Virus record (IMG/VR): IMGVR_UViG_3300023174_000040
Location: 259,268 to 323,267 of that record
Length of the DNA stretch: 64,000 nt
Strand: one strand, 5' to 3'
Below the pieces are notes generated by a model, which saw nothing but the letters and a program-made list of their open reading frames with translations, was not told the DNA's origin and ran no database searches. Position numbers and translations under genes: made by a program. This document shows, piece by piece, positions 9,350-19,588 of the stretch; the stretch's first letter is position 1, and the number at the start of each line of letters is the position of its first letter.

Positions 9350-10105
9350 ATGAAAATACAACACATATCAGTTAGCAGAAAACAACTTTGGGATCAATGC
9401 GAACAAGCATACAAATATAAATACCACCTTGAAATCAAGTCACCCGAACCAGAACCAGAGTACTTTTTATACGGAAAACTTGTCCATAAGATAGCAGAAG
9501 AATACGTGAAAAACAAGGGAGAAGTGGAGATAGAGAGTTTTTTACACCCATATTTAAAGGGAGAATTGCTCCTTGAAAATAAGAAAGTAGAACTAACAAA
9601 AGATTATAAAAATAAATTAAAAGAACATCTAGCAAATATTAAAAAATTAAATGACAGAATTGGATTCGATGGAGAAACAGAATACTTTTTTAAGTATGAT
9701 CTCGAGCCACCAAAAGAAAAATTTGTCACAGGTGTCATAGACCGAATCTTAATAAAAGATGAAAAATGTTTTATTATAGATTATAAAACAACAAAAAAAG
9801 GATTTTGGAGAAAGAATTCAGACACCATAAGAAAAGACATCCAGCTTCTTTGTTACGCTAGGGTGGTTCAAAAGAATTTTGGAATAAAACCAGAAAATAT
9901 AAGGGCGGCCCTTTATTATTTGGATGGAGGAGATATAGTTCCAACTAAATTCAATGAAAACATGCTAATAAATGCAGAAAGTTTATTGTTGGATACTTAC
10001 AACAATATAGTGGAGAAAGACCCAGAATTAGTAAGAGGAAGAGTTGGAAATCATTGCAATAGATGCGACTTTAGAAAAATGTGCACTTGGTATAGATCAA
10101 GCTAA
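9350..10105 (+). CDS. PD-(D/E)XK RecB/Cas4-like exonuclease with a 4-Cys cluster
   Basis: QCE, GKLVH, GVIDRI, IIDYKT, QLLCYA, CNRCDFRKMC; likely start MKIQ at 9350. Confidence 0.85.
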   Translation: MKIQHISVSRKQLWDQCEQAYKYKYHLEIKSPEPEPEYFLYGKLVHKIAEEYVKNKGEVEIESFLHPYLKGELLLENKKVELTKDYKNKLKEHLANIKKLNDRIGFDGETEYFFKYDLEPPKEKFVTGVIDRILIKDEKCFIIDYKTTKKGFWRKNSDTIRKDIQLLCYARVVQKNFGIKPENIRAALYYLDGGDIVPTKFNENMLINAESLLLDTYNNIVEKDPELVRGRVGNHCNRCDFRKMCTWYRSS

Positions 10106-10977
10106 AACGCCAACTTTGGCACTAATACCAAATCTTCATTAATTGTTTTTCTATTAAATCCATCTACTATTTTAATCTTCTTTGCATCAGCTCCTACAAG
10201 CAACCAAGAGTACCCATTTTTAGACCAAAAGTCATGTATTACAGATAATGGGGTAAAAAATCCTTGTCCACTTCCATCTATGTCTGTTGTTCCCCAACAA
10301 GTTCCAATGTAATAATCATTATTGTCCATTAATCCACCGCCACTTCTGCCTGGTCTTGGTGAATTCCTAATTGTTACCAAATCTTGGTCTTCAAGCCTTA
10401 CTATTTCAACATTATAGTGAGCAACTTCTTTTGCAGCATCGCAACCAAGAGAGTGAACCATATCGCCCTCTTTATAAACATAATCTTTTGGAGCTATTGG
10501 AAAATATTCAGGCTCCCAATCAGGATGAAAGCTAATAAGCGAAGTATCGCAACCATTCACAAAACTATAAAAGAGTAATTCTGATTCATAGCTTCTTGGA
10601 GATTCTAATTTAGTATCATTGTGATACCAGGTAATAACTTTGCAAGTTATTTTTTTTTCTTTGGCTTTATCAGAGCTTAAAACACCGGGTTGCCACAAAT
10701 GACCACAACTTGCAACATATGCTGTATTATTATTTTTGTCATAAAATATAATGGTACCCGAACCAGCACCATCATTTACACTTATCTTTAAAGAAGCGGA
10801 TAAATATTTCCTATACTCTATTCCTCTTTGTTCTACTGGCGCACCATAGAGTTCTATGGTCCTATTCAAAGGAATAGGCTTGACCAATTGCATGTTGTCA
10901 ATATTGCCTAATTCACGAGCGGCAGCAATATTAAATATATTTAAAATTAAAAATAAGGTTAAAAAGTATTTTTCCAT
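10102..10977 (-). CDS. Secreted trypsin-like serine protease
   Basis: Signal-peptide-like N-terminus; GSGTII, SCGH, CDTSLI, PGRSGGGL. Confidence 0.8.
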   Translation of the reverse strand: MEKYFLTLFLILNIFNIAAARELGNIDNMQLVKPIPLNRTIELYGAPVEQRGIEYRKYLSASLKISVNDGAGSGTIIFYDKNNNTAYVASCGHLWQPGVLSSDKAKEKKITCKVITWYHNDTKLESPRSYESELLFYSFVNGCDTSLISFHPDWEPEYFPIAPKDYVYKEGDMVHSLGCDAAKEVAHYNVEIVRLEDQDLVTIRNSPRPGRSGGGLMDNNDYYIGTCWGTTDIDGSGQGFFTPLSVIHDFWSKNGYSWLLVGADAKKIKIVDGFNRKTINEDLVLVPKLAF

Positions 10978-10992
10978 AATATATTATATATT

Positions 10993-11439
10993 ATGTCACA
11001 AATACTTTCTATTAGCCACAATATATTTCTAGACCGAAATCAAAGATATGACCTTAATAATAAAAAGGCAATAGAAGTAATTGGAAGTAATTTTCCAATT
11101 TGGTTTTCAGGGGAAAAGACGTCGGAACCTGGTAGAGAGATATTTTGCCGGTATCGTATACATCCATATAAAAGTGTTTTTAGAAATATAAAAGTAAATG
11201 GAGATGGTTACGATATCTTTTTATTACAGGAAAAAGAAGATGTTGGGACAATGCCGGCAAAAATTAAAAAGTTTTTTAATAAAACAAGTAATCCCCCAAG
11301 TGTAATATCACTTTTAGACATAAAAGATGGAGGAGCAGAATGGCTATATTTTAGATCATATGATCGAAAATACATAAACCTAATCCATAGTGTAGAAATA
11401 CAAAAAATTGAAAATTTGATGGAATCTTTAATAACATAA
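10993..11439 (+). CDS. Hypothetical protein
   Basis: 148-aa ORF. Confidence 0.65.
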   Translation: MSQILSISHNIFLDRNQRYDLNNKKAIEVIGSNFPIWFSGEKTSEPGREIFCRYRIHPYKSVFRNIKVNGDGYDIFLLQEKEDVGTMPAKIKKFFNKTSNPPSVISLLDIKDGGAEWLYFRSYDRKYINLIHSVEIQKIENLMESLIT

Positions 11440-11459
11440 AAGTCTATATATGTTATATT

Positions 11460-12209
11460 ATGCGTGCAATAATACCAACAAAAAGCGTTACTCTAAAAGA
11501 GCTGTTGTCTTCGGGAGAATATAAAGCCAAACTTTTCACAAACGATCTCGGAGATTGTGAGGACCTGCCTTTGGATTTTGAATTCCAGGAACCAGTTTTT
11601 AATGGATATTCTTCTAAATTATTAAATTCAAATTTATGGAAATTGAATATTGCAGCTAATAATTATTCACAATGCGATTACCAAGAATCTTTAATTTGGG
11701 GAAACACAAATATTGCCCAAAGCGAAGTCATTAATGGATATTTTGTAACCAATGGTAAAAACGAAGTGCTTTGGTTTGGAAAATTTGATAACTCAATAGA
11801 ACTACAACAAAATCAAAAAGTCCTGGTGGATATCAGGGTTTATTTAAATAATTATGATTATCCGAAAAATACAATAACAATAGTGGTCAAAGGAGATATA
11901 GATAAACCACAAAATACTAATATATTTATAGATAATATTAAATGGGGAAGTGTAAGTTATCCTTATGCTTTAATGGATTTGATGGAAAGTGATTGGACCC
12001 CCAATCAAAATATCTTGTGCATAGGTGTTGATAATACAATAAATATTTGCCACGGAGATCCATTGAGTTTTGATATAACTGTGACAGCCATCGGTTATAG
12101 CGAATATAAAGAAAACATAATAATAGAAGAAGTTGGAAATAAATTTATAGAAATTAATCTAACAACCACAACAGAGGAACCAACCACAACAACTCAAGAA
12201 CCTGGCTAA
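11460..12209 (+). CDS. Putative virion protein; paralog of the N-terminal ~240 aa of 12212-14368
   Basis: KAKLFTNDLGDCEDLP vs TAKLFINDLLDCEDIP; Thr-rich tail TTTTEEPTTTTQEPG. Confidence 0.7.
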   Translation: MRAIIPTKSVTLKELLSSGEYKAKLFTNDLGDCEDLPLDFEFQEPVFNGYSSKLLNSNLWKLNIAANNYSQCDYQESLIWGNTNIAQSEVINGYFVTNGKNEVLWFGKFDNSIELQQNQKVLVDIRVYLNNYDYPKNTITIVVKGDIDKPQNTNIFIDNIKWGSVSYPYALMDLMESDWTPNQNILCIGVDNTINICHGDPLSFDITVTAIGYSEYKENIIIEEVGNKFIEINLTTTTEEPTTTTQEPG

Positions 12210-12211
12210 AA

Positions 12212-14368
12212 ATGAGCACAATACCATTAAATTCAAAATTATTAAAAGAATTATTAAATTCAACCAACTTAACCGCAAAATTATTCATAAATGATCTTTT
12301 GGATTGTGAGGATATTCCATCTTCTATTGAATTTGAAGAAGCATCGTTCATTGGTTATTCTCCAAAATTTTTAAATCCACTATTATGGGAACCAACGAAT
12401 CAAACCCCAGCAAATTATATAAAATATAAATATAAAAATAGAATAATATGGAAAAATTTAGGACAAACAGTTAATATCAAAGGATATTATGTAACAAATA
12501 AAGAAAATCAAGTATTATGGTTTGAAAAATTTGATAATGAAATTATATTAGATCAAAACCAAGGTACACTAATAAACATAGAAGTAGAAATGAATAATTA
12601 TGATTTCCCAAAAACAACCATAACACTAGTGGTCAGGAATGACAATAATATCATACCAGAAAATATTTCCGTAGATATACAAAATATAAAATGGGGAGGA
12701 GTAGATTATCCTGATTCATTTTTAGATTTATTAAATAATAATTTTATTCCTCATAACAACATGGTATGCATAGGAGTAAGAGATAGTATAAAACCATGTT
12801 TAGAAGAACCTCTTCAATTTGATTTAATAATATCTGCCGATGGGTTTGAAACATATCAAGAAAACATATCGGTAACCAATCCTGGAAACAATATATTAGA
12901 AATTTATTTAGATCAAGTTATAGTAACAACAACAGTTGGACCACCAATTGTCATAGACACATTCAGAGGATTATTGAGTATCAAGATTCTTGATGATATT
13001 TATGATATAAACACTTCTTCAACATCAGACAAAATATCAATAAAAGTTTACAAGCCAGCATCAGATCAACTACAGAATCTTATGATAAATGATATTAGTT
13101 TTAATTTAACTGGTGACGCAGACTTGCTTACTAATGATTTCCTGCCGAGTCAATTAAAAAATTCAGAAAATTTCACAAAAATGAACGGGAGTTTCTCTTT
13201 CTTTGGAGGAAGCTCGGGTTCATTCACAACAACAAGCATCATAACAATTCCATCCCAAAATGGAAACACAACCTTTTTCAGCGGAACCATGAATGAAGAT
13301 TCAATATTAGGAAGATGGGCTGCTGGAGACGTGTTTTCTGCAGATCTTACTTTTAGTAATTCAGATTTATTAGGTGATATTAATGAAATAATAACTCAAG
13401 CAGATAATTCATTAAATGCTTTAGGCCCATCAGGAGTCACACACTATTTGCTTTTAAATAGTTTTAATTTTATTGTTTCTGGTATCACCTATAGCAGCGA
13501 TAATCAAAATCTCCCTCTTCCGCCGTGCCCAGACGGAGGCCCCAGAAGACCATTGAATATACCGCCAGAATGGGCCGAACCTGGTCAAGAAGGAGAGTGT
13601 TGTCCTCCAGCAGGTGGTTGGGGAGATTGGCAACCGGGCGATCCATGGCCAGACCCTAGTGAAGGTAAAATTCCTGGATATGGGGATTTTCGGCCGGGCG
13701 AGGTAAGTGTTAAAGGTTTCGGATATTCTGAGTGTATGGGCAGGTGTGTCTATTGCAATTATGTCAATGAACTTGGTTCTGCTGTATGGGATGAGTCTGA
13801 GTGTAAGTGTAAGTGTGTATCAAATCCGGATTCTCCAGATTGCAAAAAAATTCTAAATAAAAACTATAAAAAAGATGATTATTGTATGTGCGTGTGTCCC
13901 AAAGATGAAATTAAAGAAAAATGTGAATCTAAAGGATTTAAGTTTGACATAGGAAACTGCGCTTGTGATTGTGATAGCACGGTTTATGCTCCCGGGGCAT
14001 CCAATGCGGTAAGAAAAGAAGACTGTCCGAATGTGGGAGGAAAACCTTTATGGGACGACCTTGATTGTTATTGTCCTTGCGATGAAGCAAAAGACGCATC
14101 TGGGAAGCCCAGATTCCCACCTTGTAAAGAAAATGAAAAACGAGGCAAAGATTGTAAATGTGAAGCCCTCCCACCAGAGTGTCCAGATATGTGCGAATGG
14201 ATATGGAGAATACCTTATATTGGATTCGCACATTGGGAAAGTACTGCTGGCAGTTTGGGTACCGACCGAATGACTTGCTTCTTGGCAGGGTGCGATTGCG
14301 AACCCCCTAGTTATAGTGGAACAGCAAATCTTGAGGTGGGGTTATCTAATTGTTATCAAAGAAGATAA
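12212..14368 (+). CDS. Putative virion/fibre protein with C-terminal Cys-rich CXCXC-like repeats
   Basis: WDESECKCKC, DDYCMCVCP, FDIGNCACDC, WDDLDCYCPC. Confidence 0.7.
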   Translation: MSTIPLNSKLLKELLNSTNLTAKLFINDLLDCEDIPSSIEFEEASFIGYSPKFLNPLLWEPTNQTPANYIKYKYKNRIIWKNLGQTVNIKGYYVTNKENQVLWFEKFDNEIILDQNQGTLINIEVEMNNYDFPKTTITLVVRNDNNIIPENISVDIQNIKWGGVDYPDSFLDLLNNNFIPHNNMVCIGVRDSIKPCLEEPLQFDLIISADGFETYQENISVTNPGNNILEIYLDQVIVTTTVGPPIVIDTFRGLLSIKILDDIYDINTSSTSDKISIKVYKPASDQLQNLMINDISFNLTGDADLLTNDFLPSQLKNSENFTKMNGSFSFFGGSSGSFTTTSIITIPSQNGNTTFFSGTMNEDSILGRWAAGDVFSADLTFSNSDLLGDINEIITQADNSLNALGPSGVTHYLLLNSFNFIVSGITYSSDNQNLPLPPCPDGGPRRPLNIPPEWAEPGQEGECCPPAGGWGDWQPGDPWPDPSEGKIPGYGDFRPGEVSVKGFGYSECMGRCVYCNYVNELGSAVWDESECKCKCVSNPDSPDCKKILNKNYKKDDYCMCVCPKDEIKEKCESKGFKFDIGNCACDCDSTVYAPGASNAVRKEDCPNVGGKPLWDDLDCYCPCDEAKDASGKPRFPPCKENEKRGKDCKCEALPPECPDMCEWIWRIPYIGFAHWESTAGSLGTDRMTCFLAGCDCEPPSYSGTANLEVGLSNCYQRR

Positions 14369-14411
14369 TAATCAATTTTTCGGCCTCAATCGATTTAAAC
14401 ATTGAGTTGGC

Positions 14412-14948
14412 CTAGTAATCATACAGACTAATGCTCATCTCCATAACAACGCTCTCACCAATAGCAACAGAAACTGTTGTTCCCAAAGTAGCAGATGAAA
14501 TCAACTTGCCTCCGCTACCAATAGTTGTTGCTAGAAATATGTTAGTTACAGAGTTCCATCCAGAATTTAGAGATGAAAAAATAACGGGGCCACTTTTTGC
14601 ATAATAAGGAGTAAGAGTCGGTGACGCAGTGGTGGTTGCAGAAGTATTAGGGTTGATTATTTGCCAATTCAAAAAAGAAACGTTCTGTCGCTGATAGTTG
14701 TTTCCTTGAACCAGTGGTTCGCCAATTATATTGCTGAGAGTATCTGTTCTATTTAAGGTGGGTCTGGCGTCCAACCCAATATAATAACCGTTAGTAACCA
14801 GATTCTCTGAACCCTTGAATAAAGCATTGAGGATGTATTCTTCCCCTTGTTGGTGAAAAGTGTTTTTGATATCTCTTTGCTGATATCTAACTTTATTATT
14901 TTTGTCTAAAATTAAAAAATTATCTATCTTCATTAAGTGGAAACTCAT
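14412..14948 (-). CDS. Putative tail/structural protein
   Basis: GEEYILNALF...YYIGL...NYQRQ...GKLISSATL pattern typical of small phage tail proteins. Confidence 0.55.
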   Translation of the reverse strand: MSFHLMKIDNFLILDKNNKVRYQQRDIKNTFHQQGEEYILNALFKGSENLVTNGYYIGLDARPTLNRTDTLSNIIGEPLVQGNNYQRQNVSFLNWQIINPNTSATTTASPTLTPYYAKSGPVIFSSLNSGWNSVTNIFLATTIGSGGKLISSATLGTTVSVAIGESVVMEMSISLYDY

Positions 14949-15214
14949 AAATTTTCTCTCTTTTCTTTTTCTATCATTTCATCTATTACTTGAATAGATT
15001 CTACAGGATATTTATATTTATTACCAGGCTTATTTACTTCCTGTTGTTGTTTTTTTATCTTATTTTTGTTTTTAATATCCAGTTGATTAACATTAGATAT
15101 TAATAATTTAATAGAATGTTTAATATCTTCTGCTTTAAATGAATCTCCGCAATTAGCATAAGCTAAATTTAAATAATAAATAATTTTTTCATAATTAGGA
15201 GTCATATTTACCAT
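14945..15214 (-). CDS. Hypothetical protein
   Basis: 89-aa ORF coupled to the terminase gene. Confidence 0.6.
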   Translation of the reverse strand: MVNMTPNYEKIIYYLNLAYANCGDSFKAEDIKHSIKLLISNVNQLDIKNKNKIKKQQQEVNKPGNKYKYPVESIQVIDEMIEKEKRENL

Positions 15215-16980
15215 CCAAATTCATCAAGTAGTTTTGAATTTTTTCTATAAATATTAATAAGAGTTTCTTCGTCAGCCGAACTTAGACTGTCGTTTGAGGT
15301 GAAACTTATTTCTTCTTCTACAAAATCTTCATAAGAACTATTGAATAGCTCTCTTTTAATTTCTTGATACACATCATCCTGTATTTTATTAAGCATTTCC
15401 TTAGGTGCATCAGCACCAATTGGCACATCGTTTATTAGTTTGTCTCTTACATAAATAGCAGCACAAAGAGCAGTTATGGCATCATCGTGCTTCCCTTTTT
15501 GGGCCTCGGCCTTCTTGGTCACTGGATTGTATTGAAATGTTTGTAATTCTGCAGTGAATCTCGAACTATTTATTTTAATGGCTTTGTTTAAGATTCTGTT
15601 CTGCATAGCCTCAAGCAATAATGGCCTATTAACTCTGTTTACTTTTAAACCAGGAGTTTGAGTGCCACTTTTTTTAGTTTCATAAAATATATTCTCGTAA
15701 TATAAAGTGTTTTCAAGCGAACTTAATACCGCTCCCCCAGGAGACATTGCTTCGACAATAACAAGTGCGGTATTATAATACACACCCACCTCTTTTAATA
15801 TTTGTGCGAATATGTGAGGGGGGACTAAATTACTATAAAACTCAGCAACTTGTTCCAAAGTATCCATCTCAAGAACATGGAAGCAACTACTATCTGCGTT
15901 TTCTCCCATTCCCTCAGCACAGTCTGCTCCTATGATATATTCTTTTCCATCAATAGGCTCTTTCCACACCCAGAGCGCTCCTTTATTATTATCTGCTCCA
16001 TCTAGCTGTGCGGCTCTTCCTGTTTTATTGACCCATTTTGGAAATAACTTTTTAATAGGATTATTGTGAATTGTAAACTCAGACATTTCTCTGATTAGAG
16101 CAGAAGGGATATATGTTTCTCCGGATCCTAAAAATTCTCTAAGAACTTCTTGTAGAAAACCTTTTTCGCCCAATTGAGCTTTTTGCTCTTCAACCCACTT
16201 AGGATCATTATACTCAGGGTGCTCCCAGTAATCCAAATCTATTACATGGAACATATTTCGGCCTTCTCGAGCGTCGTTGTAGGTTTGTTCATACCAATTT
16301 CCAACGCCATTAACAGTAGAAACCAGAGTGCAACTACCACCCGTACTTAATACAGGCCACATAGCCTTCCAATGCTTTTCCATCTCAGGAATAAACGCCG
16401 CTTCGTCTATAATTAAAAATGTTACGCTTTTACCACGAGCAGCTTCCGGAGAATAGAACTTTAAAGCTCCGCCTGTGTCAACAAACATTTTTAAATGATC
16501 ATTCCATTTACTTGTTTTTTTAGGGATCAACCAAACCGGAAGATTTTCTACTGCTCTATCTACTATCATGCCAGTTTCTGTGGCTTCACGATCAGTTTTA
16601 GAAAGAAGCATAACCTGCTGATCGAGTTTAAACATACATCTCCACAAGCCCCACAAGAGAGTGACAGTGGTCAATCCTCCCTGTCTGAACTTAGAGATTA
16701 TATTAAATCTATTATTCTCGTAATCTTTAATTACTTTTCTTTGGTAATTAAACAAAACAAAAGGAACAAGTCCTTTTGTTGGATGTAATATTCTAATATA
16801 TTTGTGACAAAAATATTCAAAACTATCGACACATTTTAAGAGTTCTTTTTTTTGTGTCTCAAGATCATAAAGATTTGTTTCTTCGATTGTCTCTTCAGGA
16901 TTAATTGCTAATTCATAAGGATGAAGAGTGTAATATCTTTTATCGTAAAGCTTATAATAGTATTCGCTATAATCGGCCAT
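15208..16980 (-). CDS. gp17: Terminase large subunit (T4 gp17-like)
   Basis: Walker A-like SKFRQGGLTT, ARGKS, Walker B IIDEAAF, STVNG, nuclease GADCAEG and HDDAI. Confidence 0.95.
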   Translation of the reverse strand: MADYSEYYYKLYDKRYYTLHPYELAINPEETIEETNLYDLETQKKELLKCVDSFEYFCHKYIRILHPTKGLVPFVLFNYQRKVIKDYENNRFNIISKFRQGGLTTVTLLWGLWRCMFKLDQQVMLLSKTDREATETGMIVDRAVENLPVWLIPKKTSKWNDHLKMFVDTGGALKFYSPEAARGKSVTFLIIDEAAFIPEMEKHWKAMWPVLSTGGSCTLVSTVNGVGNWYEQTYNDAREGRNMFHVIDLDYWEHPEYNDPKWVEEQKAQLGEKGFLQEVLREFLGSGETYIPSALIREMSEFTIHNNPIKKLFPKWVNKTGRAAQLDGADNNKGALWVWKEPIDGKEYIIGADCAEGMGENADSSCFHVLEMDTLEQVAEFYSNLVPPHIFAQILKEVGVYYNTALVIVEAMSPGGAVLSSLENTLYYENIFYETKKSGTQTPGLKVNRVNRPLLLEAMQNRILNKAIKINSSRFTAELQTFQYNPVTKKAEAQKGKHDDAITALCAAIYVRDKLINDVPIGADAPKEMLNKIQDDVYQEIKRELFNSSYEDFVEEEISFTSNDSLSSADEETLINIYRKNSKLLDEFGW

Positions 16981-16996
16981 AGAATTATCTATTCAT

Positions 16997-17413
16997 TTAG
17001 TATTCATAATCATCGTCTTCATCTTCATAGTCTTCATCTTCATAGTCCTCTTCGTCTTCATCGTCTTCATCGTCTTCATCGTCTTCATCGTCTTCATCGT
17101 CTTCATCGTCTTCATCGTCTTCATCGTCTTCATCGTCTTTGTACCATTCTTCATCTTCATCTTCATCTTCATCTTCATCTTCATCTAAATATTCGTATTC
17201 ATGATCATCGTCCTCATCCTCATCTTCATCATCCTCTCCTTTATACCACTCGTAATCATATTCCTTATCATCTTCATCATTATCATAATTATCGTCTTCA
17301 TCTTCTTTATACCATTCATCATTATCATCGTAATCATCGTAATCGTCAGAGGCTTCCAAGAAATAACAAAAATTCACAATTTCCATTGTTTCAAAGTCGA
17401 TAACTCTTGCCAT
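16997..17413 (-). CDS. Extremely acidic Asp/Glu/Tyr-rich protein
   Basis: ATG with GAAAGG upstream; after ~20 aa almost only D/E/Y, with three EWYK motifs. Confidence 0.65.
   Translation of the reverse strand: MARVIDFETMEIVNFCYFLEASDDYDDYDDNDEWYKEDEDDNYDNDEDDKEYDYEWYKGEDDEDEDEDDDHEYEYLDEDEDEDEDEDEEWYKDDEDDEDDEDDEDDEDDEDDEDDEDDEDEEDYEDEDYEDEDDDYEY
17053..17186. repeat. 9-nt tandem repeat (CGTCTTCAT x9) plus 6-nt repeat (TCATCT x6)
   Basis: Read directly at 17053-17139 and 17151-17186. Confidence 0.95.
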
Positions 17414-17589
17414 TTCTGCCTTTCTCTTTAATGATTATTAAATTAAAATTAAGTACGATGTCATTTTAACAACTTATTTCTAAAATTCAATATCAAAACA
17501 CTAAGATTAAACTATGTGAATAACTATAAACCCATAGGAATAAAGTAGTTTTGACACAAAATTATATATAGTATGTTTATTTTAAAAAA

Positions 17590-18957
17590 TTAATTTATGA
17601 ATTTCTGGCGGATTAGCTTATTATTTTCAATAACAAACAAGTTATCTATTAGATTTCCCGCACTTAGAGTGTTGAGGCACATAATTGCAATATTGGCATT
17701 CTCTTGAAAATCGTTCCTAACACACAGGGAAACAATGCCATCCTTATTAAATTCTACCCTATTTTCAGAGGGAATCTCGATTTCTAAATCATATAGTTTT
17801 TGATTTAATACCATAGATCTTTCAAAATAATCTGAAATTCTTATTTTCTTTATAGGGTCGGTGGAACTCTGGGCTGATATGTCGCTTAGGGACAAAGATT
17901 TAACATTATTGGATAATATATTTCTTTTTGTAAAAACTCGGGTTAAAATTGATGATAACTTTGATCCGTTATCGGCATCTATAGCTATCATTTTTTGTGC
18001 CAAAGCATCAAACAATCTGTTTGTGATGGGGGTTTGGGATACCGCAGTTACGAAATAATGAAAAGTTATGTTCCTTGCAAATATTAAAGCTTGAATAGGA
18101 GAGGATCCATTTTTGACACTATCGTTATAAATCTCAACTAAACATTCATACCAGGCGCCCGTCCAAACTCTACTAAAACTATGACACTCTCTGCTGAGAA
18201 TGTTATCCGGGGTCTCATTCCTTAAATTTTCAGGGGCAACATAATAAAATTCATTAGCAGCGTCTCTCAATGAATGAGGATTATATCCGCCTTTCCCTTT
18301 TGTTAAATTAAATAAAATCTTTGCAAATTGCTCGGCAAGCTTTGACACTGAGTTGCTTTTAGATAAGTCTCCTTTAGTTTCCTTTATTATATATTTAATA
18401 ACATCTTCATTTTCTAATATGCTTGTTATAGCAACTATATCTCCAAAACTTTCATGTAAAGCCCATATTTCATAAGATTGAACGTTCCAAAAATCTGGGC
18501 GGATAGAGTCTAGTAGAGCGTGACCCAATTCATGAGAAACTATGTCAGCAGAGTCTGCGGAATAGATGTTCTTCTTTGCAACCGGATCAAATTCATAAAA
18601 AAACTTTAAACTTCTTCTATCGTAGAATGCATTTAATTCCTTGCCGGCCACAGGGTAGACAGTTAATTGTTTTGTTGCGGCCCACTTTTGTGGAAATTTT
18701 TTAATCTTTGGAATAATATTGTCCATGGTATTGACTAAAATTCCATAACAACTGGCGGCTCTCCACTCGGGGGTGCCTACTTTATGACCCGAACCCTTAT
18801 ACCCATCGACCTTCATGGGCAAAGAAGGAGTTGAATTAGCCGGTATTTCTTTTACTAGCTCAGGTAAAGTTGGATCATTTACCCAAAATTGAATGGGAGC
18901 GGAAGGATTATCAGAGATTAATTTCTTACCAAATACTTTTTTAAATAAGCCCCACAT
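17590..18957 (-). CDS. Zinc metalloprotease, M4/M36 (thermolysin/fungalysin)-like
   Basis: NAFY, ADIVSHELGHALLD, ALHESFGD; AAGGAG RBS. Confidence 0.85.
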   Translation of the reverse strand: MWGLFKKVFGKKLISDNPSAPIQFWVNDPTLPELVKEIPANSTPSLPMKVDGYKGSGHKVGTPEWRAASCYGILVNTMDNIIPKIKKFPQKWAATKQLTVYPVAGKELNAFYDRRSLKFFYEFDPVAKKNIYSADSADIVSHELGHALLDSIRPDFWNVQSYEIWALHESFGDIVAITSILENEDVIKYIIKETKGDLSKSNSVSKLAEQFAKILFNLTKGKGGYNPHSLRDAANEFYYVAPENLRNETPDNILSRECHSFSRVWTGAWYECLVEIYNDSVKNGSSPIQALIFARNITFHYFVTAVSQTPITNRLFDALAQKMIAIDADNGSKLSSILTRVFTKRNILSNNVKSLSLSDISAQSSTDPIKKIRISDYFERSMVLNQKLYDLEIEIPSENRVEFNKDGIVSLCVRNDFQENANIAIMCLNTLSAGNLIDNLFVIENNKLIRQKFIN

Positions 18958-19028
18958 AGAAAACTCCTTTTTCTAAAGTTGTATATACTTCTATAAATAT
19001 ATAGTTCATATAAATAGAAAAAATTAAA

Positions 19029-19544
19029 ATGAAATTCAATGAACAGGTAATAAAAGAAAAAAGAACAATAGAAGCTGTGAAAAAACAGTTTATGGGAGTC
19101 AATGGAAAGCTATATTTGATAGCCAAAAATGTAGGTGAACCAATTATAAGACATAATGAAGAAAGCAATTATATAATTTATGACAATTTCTGGAACACCA
19201 ATGAAAACGATATAAGAACAATGGACGAAAACGAATACTCAGAATGTATTGGCCACGCTTTTGATGGACTCAGAAATGGATATAATTTAGAAATATTGGC
19301 TTTTAGTGATGATAAATTGATAAAGGTCTTTTATAATTCAAGAAAAGTTTATGAAGAAATCGCAGGTGAACTGGAGAGCTACTACCCAGATGAGGAATGG
19401 GAATCAAAAGTAGAAAAATTATATCTAATAGCAGAGAAGAGAGAAAAAGAATACGAAAAACAGAAAAAAGATATTAGAAAAGAAAAATTTGAAGAAAAGA
19501 AATCAAGTTTAATTAATTATTTGAAAGAAAAATGGAACCTGTGA
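19029..19544 (+). CDS. Hypothetical protein
   Basis: 171-aa ORF. Confidence 0.65.
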   Translation: MKFNEQVIKEKRTIEAVKKQFMGVNGKLYLIAKNVGEPIIRHNEESNYIIYDNFWNTNENDIRTMDENEYSECIGHAFDGLRNGYNLEILAFSDDKLIKVFYNSRKVYEEIAGELESYYPDEEWESKVEKLYLIAEKREKEYEKQKKDIRKEKFEEKKSSLINYLKEKWNL

Positions 19545-19588
19545 TTTTTGATAATTATTACTCTATATATTATAAGAAAAGGAAACAC

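Noticed and set aside
9350-10105. Cas4 as part of a CRISPR-Cas system
   Set aside because: No cas1/cas2 or array; solo Cas4-like nucleases are common in phages
16921-17431. (HRL)n, (MKT)n and poly-Ile ORFs
   Set aside because: Alternative-frame readings of the 9-nt repeat; only the acidic ORF has an RBS and operon context
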